From positions 70,831 through 102,830 of the forward strand of contig NQJD01000007.1 in NCBI GenBank assembly GCA_004284765.1: DNA of 32,000 nucleotides, given 5' to 3'. The DNA comes from Candidatus Electronema aureum (lineage in GTDB: Bacteria; Desulfobacterota; Desulfobulbia; Desulfobulbales; Desulfobulbaceae). A program made the translations under genes and the position numbers. Shown in pieces: positions 1 to 8,482 of the stretch (position 1 is its first letter; each line of letters opens with the position of its first letter). The notes beneath the pieces were generated by a model. That model had not been told where the DNA came from and made no database searches. It saw nothing but the letters and a program-made list of their open reading frames with translations.

Positions 1-89
1 CAGAAAACGCTGGTGAGATAACTTGACTTGATTACGACAACTACCCTGAGTACAAAGAAAAATAGTTCTTTGCTGCTTCATCGGAAAAC

Positions 90-105
90 TGGCACAGTTC
101 TTGCT
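90..105 (+). promoter_or_regulatory. sigma-54 (RpoN) -24/-12 promoter upstream of the pilin gene
   Basis: TGGCACagttcTTGCT at 90-105 matches the TGGCAC-N5-TTGC consensus exactly. It lies about 80 nt upstream of the pilin ATG at 187. RpoN/PilR-dependent pilA promoters are established in Geobacter, Myxococcus and Pseudomonas. Confidence 0.6.
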
Positions 106-186
106 TCATTTAAAGCAAATGAGACAAACGCCGATAGCGAGGCACGTACGCCCCCGGCGCACAACACACCAGAACGGAGGAACACC

Positions 187-621
187 ATGAAACTGAATCA
201 ATTGAAAATGAAAGCCAACGAGAAAGGCTTCACCCTGATCGAGCTGATGATCGTTATCGCCATCATCGGTATCTTGGCGGCAGTAGCAATTCCTAACTTC
301 ATTGCGTATCGTGATAAATCGTATTGTTCAGCTGCTGAATCGGATGCAAATGCGATTGCTGCTTCCTTGGCAGATTATTATGCCATTCCTACACATACAG
401 CTGCAATCACAGGTGCTATTGCCAACGGCGCAACACAGCTTCTCGGTATGAAAGTATCACAATTGTCAGGAACTAATACCGCTGGTATTTCTGGAACAAT
501 AGATAGGTTAGTTATTACTGTAACTGACGGCTCTAAACGTTGCCCTACAGACTACCGGAAGGCTATTGATGATTGGAGTGATACTGCTGCTGGTGGTGTT
601 TTCACAAAGACAATGGAATAA
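187..621 (+). CDS. pilA: type IVa pilin (PilA-like major pilin precursor)
   Basis: The ORF track gives 28..621, but the ATG at 187 is preceded by GGAGG (176-180). The product MKLNQLKMKANEKG/FTLIELMIVIAIIGILAAVAIPNFIAYRDKS has the classic class III signal (G/F cleavage site, Glu5) and a hydrophobic N-terminal helix. The C-terminal half is rich in Ser, Thr, Gly and Ala, and carries two Cys (YCS and RCP). Confidence 0.9.
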   Translation: MKLNQLKMKANEKGFTLIELMIVIAIIGILAAVAIPNFIAYRDKSYCSAAESDANAIAASLADYYAIPTHTAAITGAIANGATQLLGMKVSQLSGTNTAGISGTIDRLVITVTDGSKRCPTDYRKAIDDWSDTAAGGVFTKTME

Positions 622-654
622 AGTTTCAAGTAGCAACGTCAAGTGAAGCAAAAG

Positions 655-690
655 GAGGTGCATTTCTGCACCTCTTTCTCTATTTTTTAT
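655..690 (+). terminator. rho-independent terminator after the pilin gene
   Basis: GAGGTGCA (655-662), loop tttc, TGCACCTC (667-674), followed by the T-rich tract tttctctatttttta. Confidence 0.6.
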
Positions 691-810
691 TGGGGCAAAC
701 CGATTGATCAGTCACATTTAACCTTGTGATGATAGATAGTTAAGACAGCGTATCAACATTTTTGCCCCACCACCCTGTTTTTCATATAACTATTTGTTTT
801 TAGAATAAAT

Positions 811-2913
811 TTGAAAAAATTCAACCGTATGAATAAATCTATAGTTAACTGGAATCATTCATTCGTATTTTTTTTAATTGCATGCATTGTTTTTGTTACA
901 TACTCTAACACTTTCAATGCGTCATGGCAGCTCGATGATGAGCCAAATATAACCAACAACAGCAAAATACATGTTACCACGTTAAATTTTCATCAAATAA
1001 ACAATACGTTTAGAGCAAATCCAATTGTCAATGATAAACTTTACCGCCCTCTTCCGTGCCTAACCTTTGGTCTAAATTGGTATGTAGGGCAAGGTAATGT
1101 ATTTGGATATCATATAGTTAATCTTGCAATCCATATTTTGACCACTTGGTTTCTTTTTTTATCTCTGCATCTGCTCCTGCACATCCATTATCAAAAAAAA
1201 TATCCGGCGCAATTTTTTTTCACCGCTGCTTTGTTTGGCACACTATTTTGGGCATTGGCTCCCATTCAGACCCAAGCTGTTACATATATAGTTCAGCGCA
1301 TGGCATCAATGGCGGCAATGTTCACTATTATTGCCATCTACGCTTATTTGCGGGGGAGAACAGAAAGAAAATACGCATGGTTCATCCTCTGTTTACTTTC
1401 TTTTTTTGCCGCTTTAGCCAGTAAAGAAAATGCTATTCTTTTGCCCCTTTCCTTGGTACTTATTGAATTTGCCTTTTTCCCTCATCGGATCACAAAAAAA
1501 CAGCTATTTCGCTTGATATTTAGCAGTCTCATAATCTTGATAGCGGGCTTTCTTTTTGTTCGCTACGGCTTAGGTCTCGTTCCGTTTAAGCTATCCAATC
1601 CCCTAAGCTTCCTTGACAGCTACGCAAACCGTTCCTTTTCATTTAGTGAGCGCATCCTTACTCAGCCTCGCATTGTGCTGATGTATCTTTCTCAGATATT
1701 TCTGCCAGTGGTAGAACAATTTTCCATCGAGCATGATATTGTTATGTCAAGCTCCCTATTTTTTCCTTGGACAACATTGCCTGCAATGTTAACAATTTTA
1801 CTGTCTATATTAGCAGCTATTTTTTTCTTGAAAAAATATCCACTAATCTGCTTCCCTGTTCTTTTTTTCTTCCTAAATCATGTCGTAGAATCAACTATTT
1901 TGCAATTAGAGCTGATTTTTGAACACCGCAATTACCTCCCTTCATTTTTTCTTTTCCTTCCTATAGGCGTTCTAATTGCCCGCATTTTATACAGTAATCC
2001 GAAGCAGTCGGCTTTCCGACAGGTCACGGCTGCGTTGTGTTCAATTTTTTTTCTGATTGTTTTTGGTCAAGCGACCTATACTCGTAATTTAGCTTGGGCA
2101 ACAGAATATACCTTATGGGCAGATGCCATTCGCAAAGCTCCTAACAGTTCAAGAGCAGCACATCATTTGGGTAAATGGCATTATTATTCTAAGAACTACA
2201 ATCACGCAATTTATTATTTTCAATTAGCATTACGCAGCACAGATAAAGCGCCAACACCGAAATATAGCAAATACCTTGTTCTTAATGCATTAGGATTAAG
2301 CTATGCTGCTCTTGGAAAACACAATCAGGCAATCCTGTATCTTAATCAGTGTTTAGAATTAGGCGATTATGCAGAATGTTTACAGAACAGATCCGTTGTG
2401 TATGCTGACAAAAAAATGTATAAGCAGGCATTGACCGATGCTACACAGTTAGCCAATTCTGTTACTGATTACATTTATCAATTAAATGTAGCCATCGTTG
2501 CTTTTGAAGCCGGAAATTATGCAACTTCTTATGGGTATCTAAAAAAAATAATCAATTTTTCTCTTGAAAACCATCAAGTCATGCATTTAGCTGGTCTTTT
2601 GCTGATGAAAGAAGGTGCCTATCCAAATAGCTTATTTTTTTTAAAGCAGGCAAATAAGCTCGCGCCTGATGAAATCAGTTATCAGCTTACTCTCGCTGCT
2701 GCATATCATGTGGATCATCAACCTGCGTTAACAGAAACGGTTCTGAATGATATATTCAAAAAATACTCGCTACCTGTCATTACCAATGCTCTAAAGGAGT
2801 TCAGACGGCAGAATAGCTTCGTTATCAATGCAGTCAGCTTCATCGAACGTCGTATTGACAGCATGATCAAAACTAATGCGATAAACCATGAACAACAACC
2901 ACCTGCACCGTAA
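811..2913 (+). CDS. polytopic GT-C-type membrane protein with C-terminal TPR repeats (TMTC/PMT-like putative protein O-glycosyltransferase)
   Basis: 700-aa ORF starting at TTG 811, with the first ATG at 829. The N-terminal ~420 aa are very hydrophobic with many TM helices. The first loop carries WQLDDEPNITNN, resembling the x-x-DD-x-x-x-I-x-x-N loop motif of TMTC/PMT-type GT-C enzymes. The C-terminal ~270 aa contains TPR-like repeats (e.g. ALGLSYAALGKHNQAILYLNQCLEL). The gene is visibly AT-rich compared with its downstream neighbours. Confidence 0.6.
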   Translation: MKKFNRMNKSIVNWNHSFVFFLIACIVFVTYSNTFNASWQLDDEPNITNNSKIHVTTLNFHQINNTFRANPIVNDKLYRPLPCLTFGLNWYVGQGNVFGYHIVNLAIHILTTWFLFLSLHLLLHIHYQKKYPAQFFFTAALFGTLFWALAPIQTQAVTYIVQRMASMAAMFTIIAIYAYLRGRTERKYAWFILCLLSFFAALASKENAILLPLSLVLIEFAFFPHRITKKQLFRLIFSSLIILIAGFLFVRYGLGLVPFKLSNPLSFLDSYANRSFSFSERILTQPRIVLMYLSQIFLPVVEQFSIEHDIVMSSSLFFPWTTLPAMLTILLSILAAIFFLKKYPLICFPVLFFFLNHVVESTILQLELIFEHRNYLPSFFLFLPIGVLIARILYSNPKQSAFRQVTAALCSIFFLIVFGQATYTRNLAWATEYTLWADAIRKAPNSSRAAHHLGKWHYYSKNYNHAIYYFQLALRSTDKAPTPKYSKYLVLNALGLSYAALGKHNQAILYLNQCLELGDYAECLQNRSVVYADKKMYKQALTDATQLANSVTDYIYQLNVAIVAFEAGNYATSYGYLKKIINFSLENHQVMHLAGLLLMKEGAYPNSLFFLKQANKLAPDEISYQLTLAAAYHVDHQPALTETVLNDIFKKYSLPVITNALKEFRRQNSFVINAVSFIERRIDSMIKTNAINHEQQPPAP

Positions 2914-4069
2914 ACAAACCCTTCTCTGGCTTGCCGTCCTGCTGCTTGCCGTGACAGGTTTCACTGTCGCCCTTTATTCCGCCCACAGCCATTATCAGAA
3001 CTACACCGACCCACTTTACAGCAGCTTTTGTGCCATCAGCCAAGCCATCAACTGTGACACGGTCGCGCAAAGTCCGTGGTCAGTTATATTTGCAATCCCG
3101 GTCGCGTGGTGGGGTGTGCTGTTCCATGTTTTCCTCCTGCTCATCCTCCTGACAGAAGACCGTCGCAATCTTGCAGCTTGGCAGGGATTCTTCTTTGTGA
3201 TGCTCATCGCCTCCGCTGTCACACTGGGGCTGGCGGCCATCGCCGTCACGCAGATAAAATCGCTTTGCCTTGTTTGTCTTGTCACCTACGCCATCACCTT
3301 TGCCCTGACCTACACTTGCTGGATTGGCAGACGGCGGTGCAAAGAGGCTGTTGAAAAAAGCACCGAAGGATTCAGCGCAACATTCAGCAAGAAAGACATG
3401 CTGCGCAATTACAACGTCGCCGCCGGGGTGTTCTGCGTCAGCCTGCTGCTGCTATATGGCCTGATGCCCCGCTACTGGCTGCTTGCTCCGGCGCAGGCGG
3501 ACATCAGTGGCCTGCCGCAGGGCGTGACTGCTGACGGTCATCCTTGGATCGGAGCGGAAAAACCGCAGCTGACCATAACGCAATTTTCTGATTACCAGTG
3601 CTTTCAATGTAGCAAAATGTATTTCTTGTTACGCCAGTTCTTGATTGCGCACCCCGACACGCTGCGTTTTGTTCATCGTCATTATCCGATGGATCATAAA
3701 GTCAATTCAGTCATCGTGCCGGATGCGTTTCACGAAGGTTCAGGAGATTTGGCGAAAGTTGCCATCTTAGCCGCAATACGGAATAAATTCTGGTCAACTA
3801 ATGAGCTGCTCTACTCGATGATGCGCAGCGGCGGCAAGGTCAAAGAAATTTCTCTCAAAGAACTTGCGGAGAAAACTGGACTTGATAACAACGAACTTTC
3901 CGCTGCCTTGTCGCATCTGGCCATAGCAGAAATGCTCCGCCGGGACATCTGGGACGGCATGAAGCTGGGTATTACCGGCACACCGGCTTTTGAAATTAAC
4001 GGCAAAGTCTATCAAGGTCATATTCCTGCCGAAATCCTCAAACAGATTGCCGAGCTGCCGAAAAAATGA
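2888..4069 (+). CDS. VKOR-domain / DsbA-like thioredoxin fusion (periplasmic disulfide-bond formation protein)
   Basis: The N-terminal membrane domain has loop cysteines (FCAISQAINCD), SPWS, and a TM CXXC (SLCLVCLV), as in vitamin K epoxide reductase homologues. The C-terminal domain has the DsbA-type active site FSDYQCFQC. The ATG at 2888 overlaps the upstream stop by 26 nt. Confidence 0.85.
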   Translation: MNNNHLHRKQTLLWLAVLLLAVTGFTVALYSAHSHYQNYTDPLYSSFCAISQAINCDTVAQSPWSVIFAIPVAWWGVLFHVFLLLILLTEDRRNLAAWQGFFFVMLIASAVTLGLAAIAVTQIKSLCLVCLVTYAITFALTYTCWIGRRRCKEAVEKSTEGFSATFSKKDMLRNYNVAAGVFCVSLLLLYGLMPRYWLLAPAQADISGLPQGVTADGHPWIGAEKPQLTITQFSDYQCFQCSKMYFLLRQFLIAHPDTLRFVHRHYPMDHKVNSVIVPDAFHEGSGDLAKVAILAAIRNKFWSTNELLYSMMRSGGKVKEISLKELAEKTGLDNNELSAALSHLAIAEMLRRDIWDGMKLGITGTPAFEINGKVYQGHIPAEILKQIAELPKK

Positions 4070-5757
4070 CTTCGCAGCAAGCAAGCTTCGTCGGTGACCA
4101 CAAGAGCATCCGCTGGCTGTCGGCCGTTTGTCTTGCGCTGGCTGTCGTCTGTGTCGCGCTCTTAGCCTGCACCCCGCCCTTTGATCGTGATGGTCTAATT
4201 CACCATCTCCAAATTCCCAAGCTCTACCTTCAGCACGGCAGCATCTACGAGATTCCCGATCTCGTTTTTTCCTACTACCCCATGAATTTAGATATGCTCT
4301 ACATGGGAGCCTTATGGCTTGGCAGCGACATCTTGCCTAAATATATCCACATGGCTTTTGCTTTCGCCACGGCCCTGCTGCTTTTTTTTCATCTAAAAAA
4401 ACGGATAGCCAGCACCTATGCGTGGCTGGGAGCGGTCTTTTTCCTCAGCGTTCCGGTCATTGTCAAGCTCTCGGTGACGGTTTACGTTGACCTTGGCTTG
4501 GTCTTTTTCAGCACCGCTGCTTTGCTGTTGCTTTTTCGTTGGTTAGAGACAAAACGATGGCAGCACCTGCTGCTGGCAGGATTCTGCGGCGGCTTGGGTA
4601 TCGGCACCAAATATAACGGGCTATTAGTGCTCTTTATCCTGACTTTCATGGTTCCGGTGCTATGGATCAGAAGTCAGGTGTTGCATCAGAGAGCTGCTGG
4701 CCCGGCTGTGAAGGCGGCTGTGCTGTTCTGCCTTGCCGCGCTGCTGGCCGCCTCGCCGTGGTTGATCAGAAATGCGGTCTGGACCGGCAACCCGATTTAT
4801 CCACTCTACAACGGCTTTTTTAACCGAGCTGCTGCGTCTGCTGAAGATACTGCAACCAGTGATGGTGAAGCGCAGGGTGGCGGGGTTCGGGGCGTGTTCG
4901 CCACTCGCCATGTTTTATACGGAGAAAATATTTGGCAGCTGATCCTGCTACCGGTGAGGATTTTTTTTCATGAAGCGCAGGATGACGATCCTCGCTATTT
5001 TGATGGCAGACTCAATCCCTTTCTTCTGATTTTACCTATCCTTGCCTTGCTTCGTAGTATACGACAAGCAAACAAACAAACTCAACTTGAGCAAATAGCC
5101 TTGGCCGCATTCTGCTTGCTCTATTTTCTTTTCGCCTTCAACACCGGGGTACTGCGCATTCGCTATCTGGTGCCGATGGTGCCATTCCTGGTGATTTTAT
5201 CCATGTACGGGTTATATCATATTGAAATGCTCACGCCAAAACACGTGGCAAAACAAAGCATTGCTCTTGCAATCTGGCTGCTACCGATAACCCTGATGCT
5301 GATTTGGAACGGTCATTATCTTTATGGCCAGTTCAAAAAAATTTCTCCGTTGAGCTATATCAGTGGACGGTTAAGCAGGGATGAATATTTAGCCAAACAA
5401 CTTCCCGAATATCAGGTAATGCAATACGCTAACAAGCATTTACCTGCTTCAGCCAAAATTCTTTGTATTTTTATGGGCTGGCGGGGCTATTATTTGGAGA
5501 AGCCGCATTCATTTGACTCTCACGGCAATCCAAATGGCTTGATAGCTTTGCTGAACAAGCCCGGAACAACAGCAGAACAAATTGGACAATGGCTAAAAGA
5601 AAAAGGCTTCAATTATTTGCTGATTCGGCGGGATTTGCTCTACAATCAGCTGCGCAGCGAAGATATCAACGCCCAGCAGCTCTGGGTTGAGCTGGAACAA
5701 AAGCATTTGCTGCCGCTCTCATCCAATCAGGAATATACTCTATATCAGGCCTTCTGA
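4066..5757 (+). CDS. polytopic GT-C-fold membrane glycosyltransferase-like protein (PMT_2/ArnT/GT39-like)
   Basis: 563 aa with roughly 10 or more hydrophobic helices. It has an acidic first-loop motif (PPFDRDGLIHH) and a GTKYNGLLVL segment typical of PMT_2/ArnT-like proteins, plus a soluble C-terminal ~130 aa. An ATGA start/stop overlap (4066-4069) joins it to the VKOR-DsbA gene. The family assignment rests on motif resemblance only. Confidence 0.55.
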   Translation: MTSQQASFVGDHKSIRWLSAVCLALAVVCVALLACTPPFDRDGLIHHLQIPKLYLQHGSIYEIPDLVFSYYPMNLDMLYMGALWLGSDILPKYIHMAFAFATALLLFFHLKKRIASTYAWLGAVFFLSVPVIVKLSVTVYVDLGLVFFSTAALLLLFRWLETKRWQHLLLAGFCGGLGIGTKYNGLLVLFILTFMVPVLWIRSQVLHQRAAGPAVKAAVLFCLAALLAASPWLIRNAVWTGNPIYPLYNGFFNRAAASAEDTATSDGEAQGGGVRGVFATRHVLYGENIWQLILLPVRIFFHEAQDDDPRYFDGRLNPFLLILPILALLRSIRQANKQTQLEQIALAAFCLLYFLFAFNTGVLRIRYLVPMVPFLVILSMYGLYHIEMLTPKHVAKQSIALAIWLLPITLMLIWNGHYLYGQFKKISPLSYISGRLSRDEYLAKQLPEYQVMQYANKHLPASAKILCIFMGWRGYYLEKPHSFDSHGNPNGLIALLNKPGTTAEQIGQWLKEKGFNYLLIRRDLLYNQLRSEDINAQQLWVELEQKHLLPLSSNQEYTLYQAF

Positions 5758-6368
5758 CGTACCGACTCTTTCTCCCCGAATCGCTTTTCCGTGCCGTTCA
5801 GCAGTCGTTGGATGTTCTGCTGATGCTTGAGCCAGATCAGCAGGGCGATGACACAGGCCAGCCATAATTTCCAACTTGGTTCGTCGAGAAAATACAGAGC
5901 AGGTAGCAAGGTAGCTGAAGCCAGAAGGGAACCGAGCGAGACGAACCCGGTTGTTGCGACGATCGGGATGAAGACAGCAAGACTGATTAGCTGGGCCATA
6001 GGGGCAAGGCAGAGAAAAACCCCCAAGGCGGTGGCTACCCCCTTGCCGCCCTTGAAGCGAAGAAAGAGGGAAAACATGTGACCAACGACCACCGCTGCAC
6101 CGCAGAGTCCAATCACTAAATTTTGGCTGGAATTATCGCCAAAAAGTACACTAACGGCAAAAACTGTCACCCAGCCCTTGGCTGCGTCCAAAAAAAGAGT
6201 CAGCAAGCCGACCTTCTTGCCCACCAAGCGGGAGACATTGGTTGCGCCGATATTGCCGCTGCCGTGCTGGCGAATGTCGATGCCGCTGCTCCGTGAGAGC
6301 AGCAGACCGAAGGGAATCGAGCCGATCAGATACGCCGCCGCTGGCAGCAGAAAATACAGGCTGTTCAT
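5745..6368 (-). CDS. plsY: glycerol-3-phosphate acyltransferase PlsY
   Basis: The N-terminus LIGSIPFGLLLSR...DIRQHGSGNIGATNVSR and the later FKGGKGVAT are hallmark PlsY motifs. 207 aa, polytopic. Confidence 0.9.
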   Translation of the reverse strand: MNSLYFLLPAAAYLIGSIPFGLLLSRSSGIDIRQHGSGNIGATNVSRLVGKKVGLLTLFLDAAKGWVTVFAVSVLFGDNSSQNLVIGLCGAAVVVGHMFSLFLRFKGGKGVATALGVFLCLAPMAQLISLAVFIPIVATTGFVSLGSLLASATLLPALYFLDEPSWKLWLACVIALLIWLKHQQNIQRLLNGTEKRFGEKESVRQKA

Positions 6369-6385
6369 GACCGACTTGGTCCTTT

Positions 6386-7504
6386 TTAATTGAGATATTC
6401 TAAAAGAATATTGAGCATCCGCCGCACCGGCTCCGCCGCACCCCAGAGAAGCTGGTCGCCGACCGTAAACGCGCTCAGGTACTGCGGCCCGAGGTTCATC
6501 TTCCGCATTCTGCCCACCGGAACAGTCAAGGTGCCACTGACACTGGCCGGACTCAGCTCGCGGAGGGTGTCCTCCTTCGTGTTGGGCACTAAGCGCACCC
6601 AGTCGTTGTGACCCGCAATTGCCGCCTCAATCTCAGCCAGAGGGATGTCTTGATTCAACTTCACCGTGACCGCTTGACTGTGGCAGCGCATCGCGCCGAC
6701 CCGGACGCAGCAGCCATCGACCGGGATACGGTTGTTCTCGTCCCGCCCCAGAATTTTGTTGGTTTCGGTAATGCCTTTCCATTCCTCGCGAGTCTGGCCG
6801 TTGTCCATCGCCCGGTCAATCCAAGGAATTAGACTGGCCGCCAGCGGCGCGCCGAAATGCTGGGTGAGAAAGCGCGGGCTGCGGATTGTGTCGGTCACGT
6901 TGCGGTCGATAGCCAAAATGTTGGCGGCATCGTCGAGCAGATTCTGGCAATTCTCGCCGATCAACCGCATTTGGTTGACCAACTCCAGCATATTCTTGGC
7001 TCCGGCCCCGGAAGCGGCCTGATACGTCTGCGAGCTGATCCACTCCACCCAGCCTTTTTCAAACAGCCCGCCTAAAGCCATCAACATCAACGAAACCGTG
7101 CAGTTGCCACCGACATAATTTTTGATGCCTTCAGTCAGTCCTTTGTCGATAACCGCTCGGTTGACCGGATCAAGTACAATGATAGCATCTTTTTCCAAGC
7201 GCAGGGTCGAAGCAGCATCAATCCAGTAACCTTGCCAGCCCGCCTCGCGCAGCTTAGGATAAACTTCTTTGGTATAATCACCACCTTGGCAAGAGAGGAT
7301 GATGTCCATCCCTTGCAGCAACTCAACATTGAAGGCATCCAGTAGCTCGTAGGTTGTGCCGTTGATCTCCGGCCCTGCTTGCCCTGCCTGCGAAGTGGAG
7401 AAAAACAGCGGCTCAAACCTCTGAAAATCATTTTCCGTCCGCATCCGCTCCATAAGCACAGAGCCGACCATGCCCCGCCAACCGATGATGCCTGTCTTTT
7501 TCAT
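6386..7504 (-). CDS. asd: aspartate-semialdehyde dehydrogenase
   Basis: [24 protein letters not shown](P)-binding N-terminus, [13 protein letters not shown] active-site Cys region, 372 aa, like proteobacterial Asd. Confidence 0.92.
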   Translation of the reverse strand: MKKTGIIGWRGMVGSVLMERMRTENDFQRFEPLFFSTSQAGQAGPEINGTTYELLDAFNVELLQGMDIILSCQGGDYTKEVYPKLREAGWQGYWIDAASTLRLEKDAIIVLDPVNRAVIDKGLTEGIKNYVGGNCTVSLMLMALGGLFEKGWVEWISSQTYQAASGAGAKNMLELVNQMRLIGENCQNLLDDAANILAIDRNVTDTIRSPRFLTQHFGAPLAASLIPWIDRAMDNGQTREEWKGITETNKILGRDENNRIPVDGCCVRVGAMRCHSQAVTVKLNQDIPLAEIEAAIAGHNDWVRLVPNTKEDTLRELSPASVSGTLTVPVGRMRKMNLGPQYLSAFTVGDQLLWGAAEPVRRMLNILLEYLN

Positions 7505-7554
7505 GATGTTTTCCTGAAAGAATTTTTGCAGAGTTTTTTTCTTTTCCTGACGGG

Positions 7555-8475
7555 CTACACAATCCGTAGATAATGAATCAGCTCCTTGGCGATGACCGGG
7601 GCAACGGAATAAACCTCCAGCAGCTCATCGCTTTTGGTACCCGGATAGGTATCTGCGCCGATGATTCGACGGATGCCTTTTTCTTGAAAACGTTCGCGGG
7701 CGTTGCCAGACAGCACCAAATGGGTCGCCATAACCATGACATCCACTGCACCTGCCTCGTAACAGCGGTCAGCGGTCTGGAGCATGGAACCACCGGTGCG
7801 GATCATGTCGTCACAGATGATCGCTGTTTTGCCTTTAACCGCGCTGGAGAGCTGACTAACGATAGTTTTATCCACATCATAGCGGTCTTTGTTGGCCGCC
7901 GTATGAGGACAACCCAAAATACCCGCAACCTGCGCTACCCGCTTACTGAAACCATAATCTGGTGAAACAAGAACATAATCGCTCAGATTCATGCCTCGAA
8001 TTTTCTGAGCAGCCAGCTCCTCGGTCCACAGATGCCGAGTTTTGATTTCGCCAGAATGAGCGTGTAACACCGCCTCGGAATGTAAATCAATAAAGGCAAC
8101 ATAATCAGGCCGAGTGCGGAATATCTGCCGTGTCCTCGTCACGCCCTTAGGAATTTCGCCGGATTCCGGCTTCGCCCGTTCCATAGTCGAATAGCCGAGA
8201 TAGGGGACAATCACGTTGACGCTACGGGCGTTCCAGTAGCGCCCGCCGGCAATCAAATCCAGCAGTTCTTGGAGTGCGCTGTCAGTGTGAGTGGCTGAAA
8301 TGATGACCATATCAACACCAGAAACATCACGGGGAAAAGCGTGGTAAATCTCTCCATCGGCAAACTGTTTGCGTACCATCGGAGTGCATTCGATCTTGAG
8401 TTCCGAGGCTACTTTGTCCGCCAGCAGGACTGAGTCTTGGGTGGCCAAAAGAAGAATGTTTTCGCGTCTGGTCAT
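7555..8475 (-). CDS. ribose-phosphate pyrophosphokinase family protein (divergent)
   Basis: Prs-like architecture: FADGE, VPYLGY, DLHS, VSPDYG, and the PRPP loop [13 protein letters not shown]. The canonical YARQDR segment is replaced by YSTMER. Confidence 0.75.
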   Translation of the reverse strand: MTRRENILLLATQDSVLLADKVASELKIECTPMVRKQFADGEIYHAFPRDVSGVDMVIISATHTDSALQELLDLIAGGRYWNARSVNVIVPYLGYSTMERAKPESGEIPKGVTRTRQIFRTRPDYVAFIDLHSEAVLHAHSGEIKTRHLWTEELAAQKIRGMNLSDYVLVSPDYGFSKRVAQVAGILGCPHTAANKDRYDVDKTIVSQLSSAVKGKTAIICDDMIRTGGSMLQTADRCYEAGAVDVMVMATHLVLSGNARERFQEKGIRRIIGADTYPGTKSDELLEVYSVAPVIAKELIHYLRIV

Positions 8476-8482
8476 ACTGTTT

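Noticed and set aside
28-186. N-terminal extensions suggested by the ORF track: pilin from 28, PD-(D/E)XK ORF from 20696, APH-like ORF from 27477, PIN ORF from 22134.
   Set aside because: The extensions overlap upstream genes or promoters, lack an SD, and have non-protein-like composition. Internal ATGs with good SD sequences (187, 21098, 27657, 22152) give products starting at the expected family N-termini.
691-769. 9-bp inverted repeat TGGGGCAAA (691-699) / TTTGCCCCA (761-769), and the inner TCACA-N8-TGTGA (712-729), between the pilin terminator and the TMTC-like gene.
   Set aside because: The half-site orientation is the reverse of a CRP site. The long-range stem is short relative to its 61-nt loop. 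It could be a leader structure, but the evidence is too thin to call.
1146-1424. 92-aa alternate-frame ORF inside the TMTC-like gene, and small ORFs at 2873..3070, 3016..3285 and 3076..3354 around the VKOR gene start.
   Set aside because: They are embedded in, or antisense to, much longer ORFs that have clear membrane-protein or VKOR features. They have no independent start signals.
5745-5757. Three convergent gene pairs meet with no intergenic terminator: a 13-nt overlap at 5745-5757, a 3-nt gap at 14894/14898, and a 4-nt overlap at 18238-18241.
   Set aside because: This is common in compact bacterial genomes and not informative on its own.
7868-7876. Perfect DnaA box TTATCCACA, with rsmG (gidB) nearby, raising the possibility of an origin region.
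   Set aside because: It is a single box inside the prs-like coding sequence. There is no cluster of boxes, no AT-rich DUE, and no dnaA/dnaN/gidA/parAB neighbours in the window.
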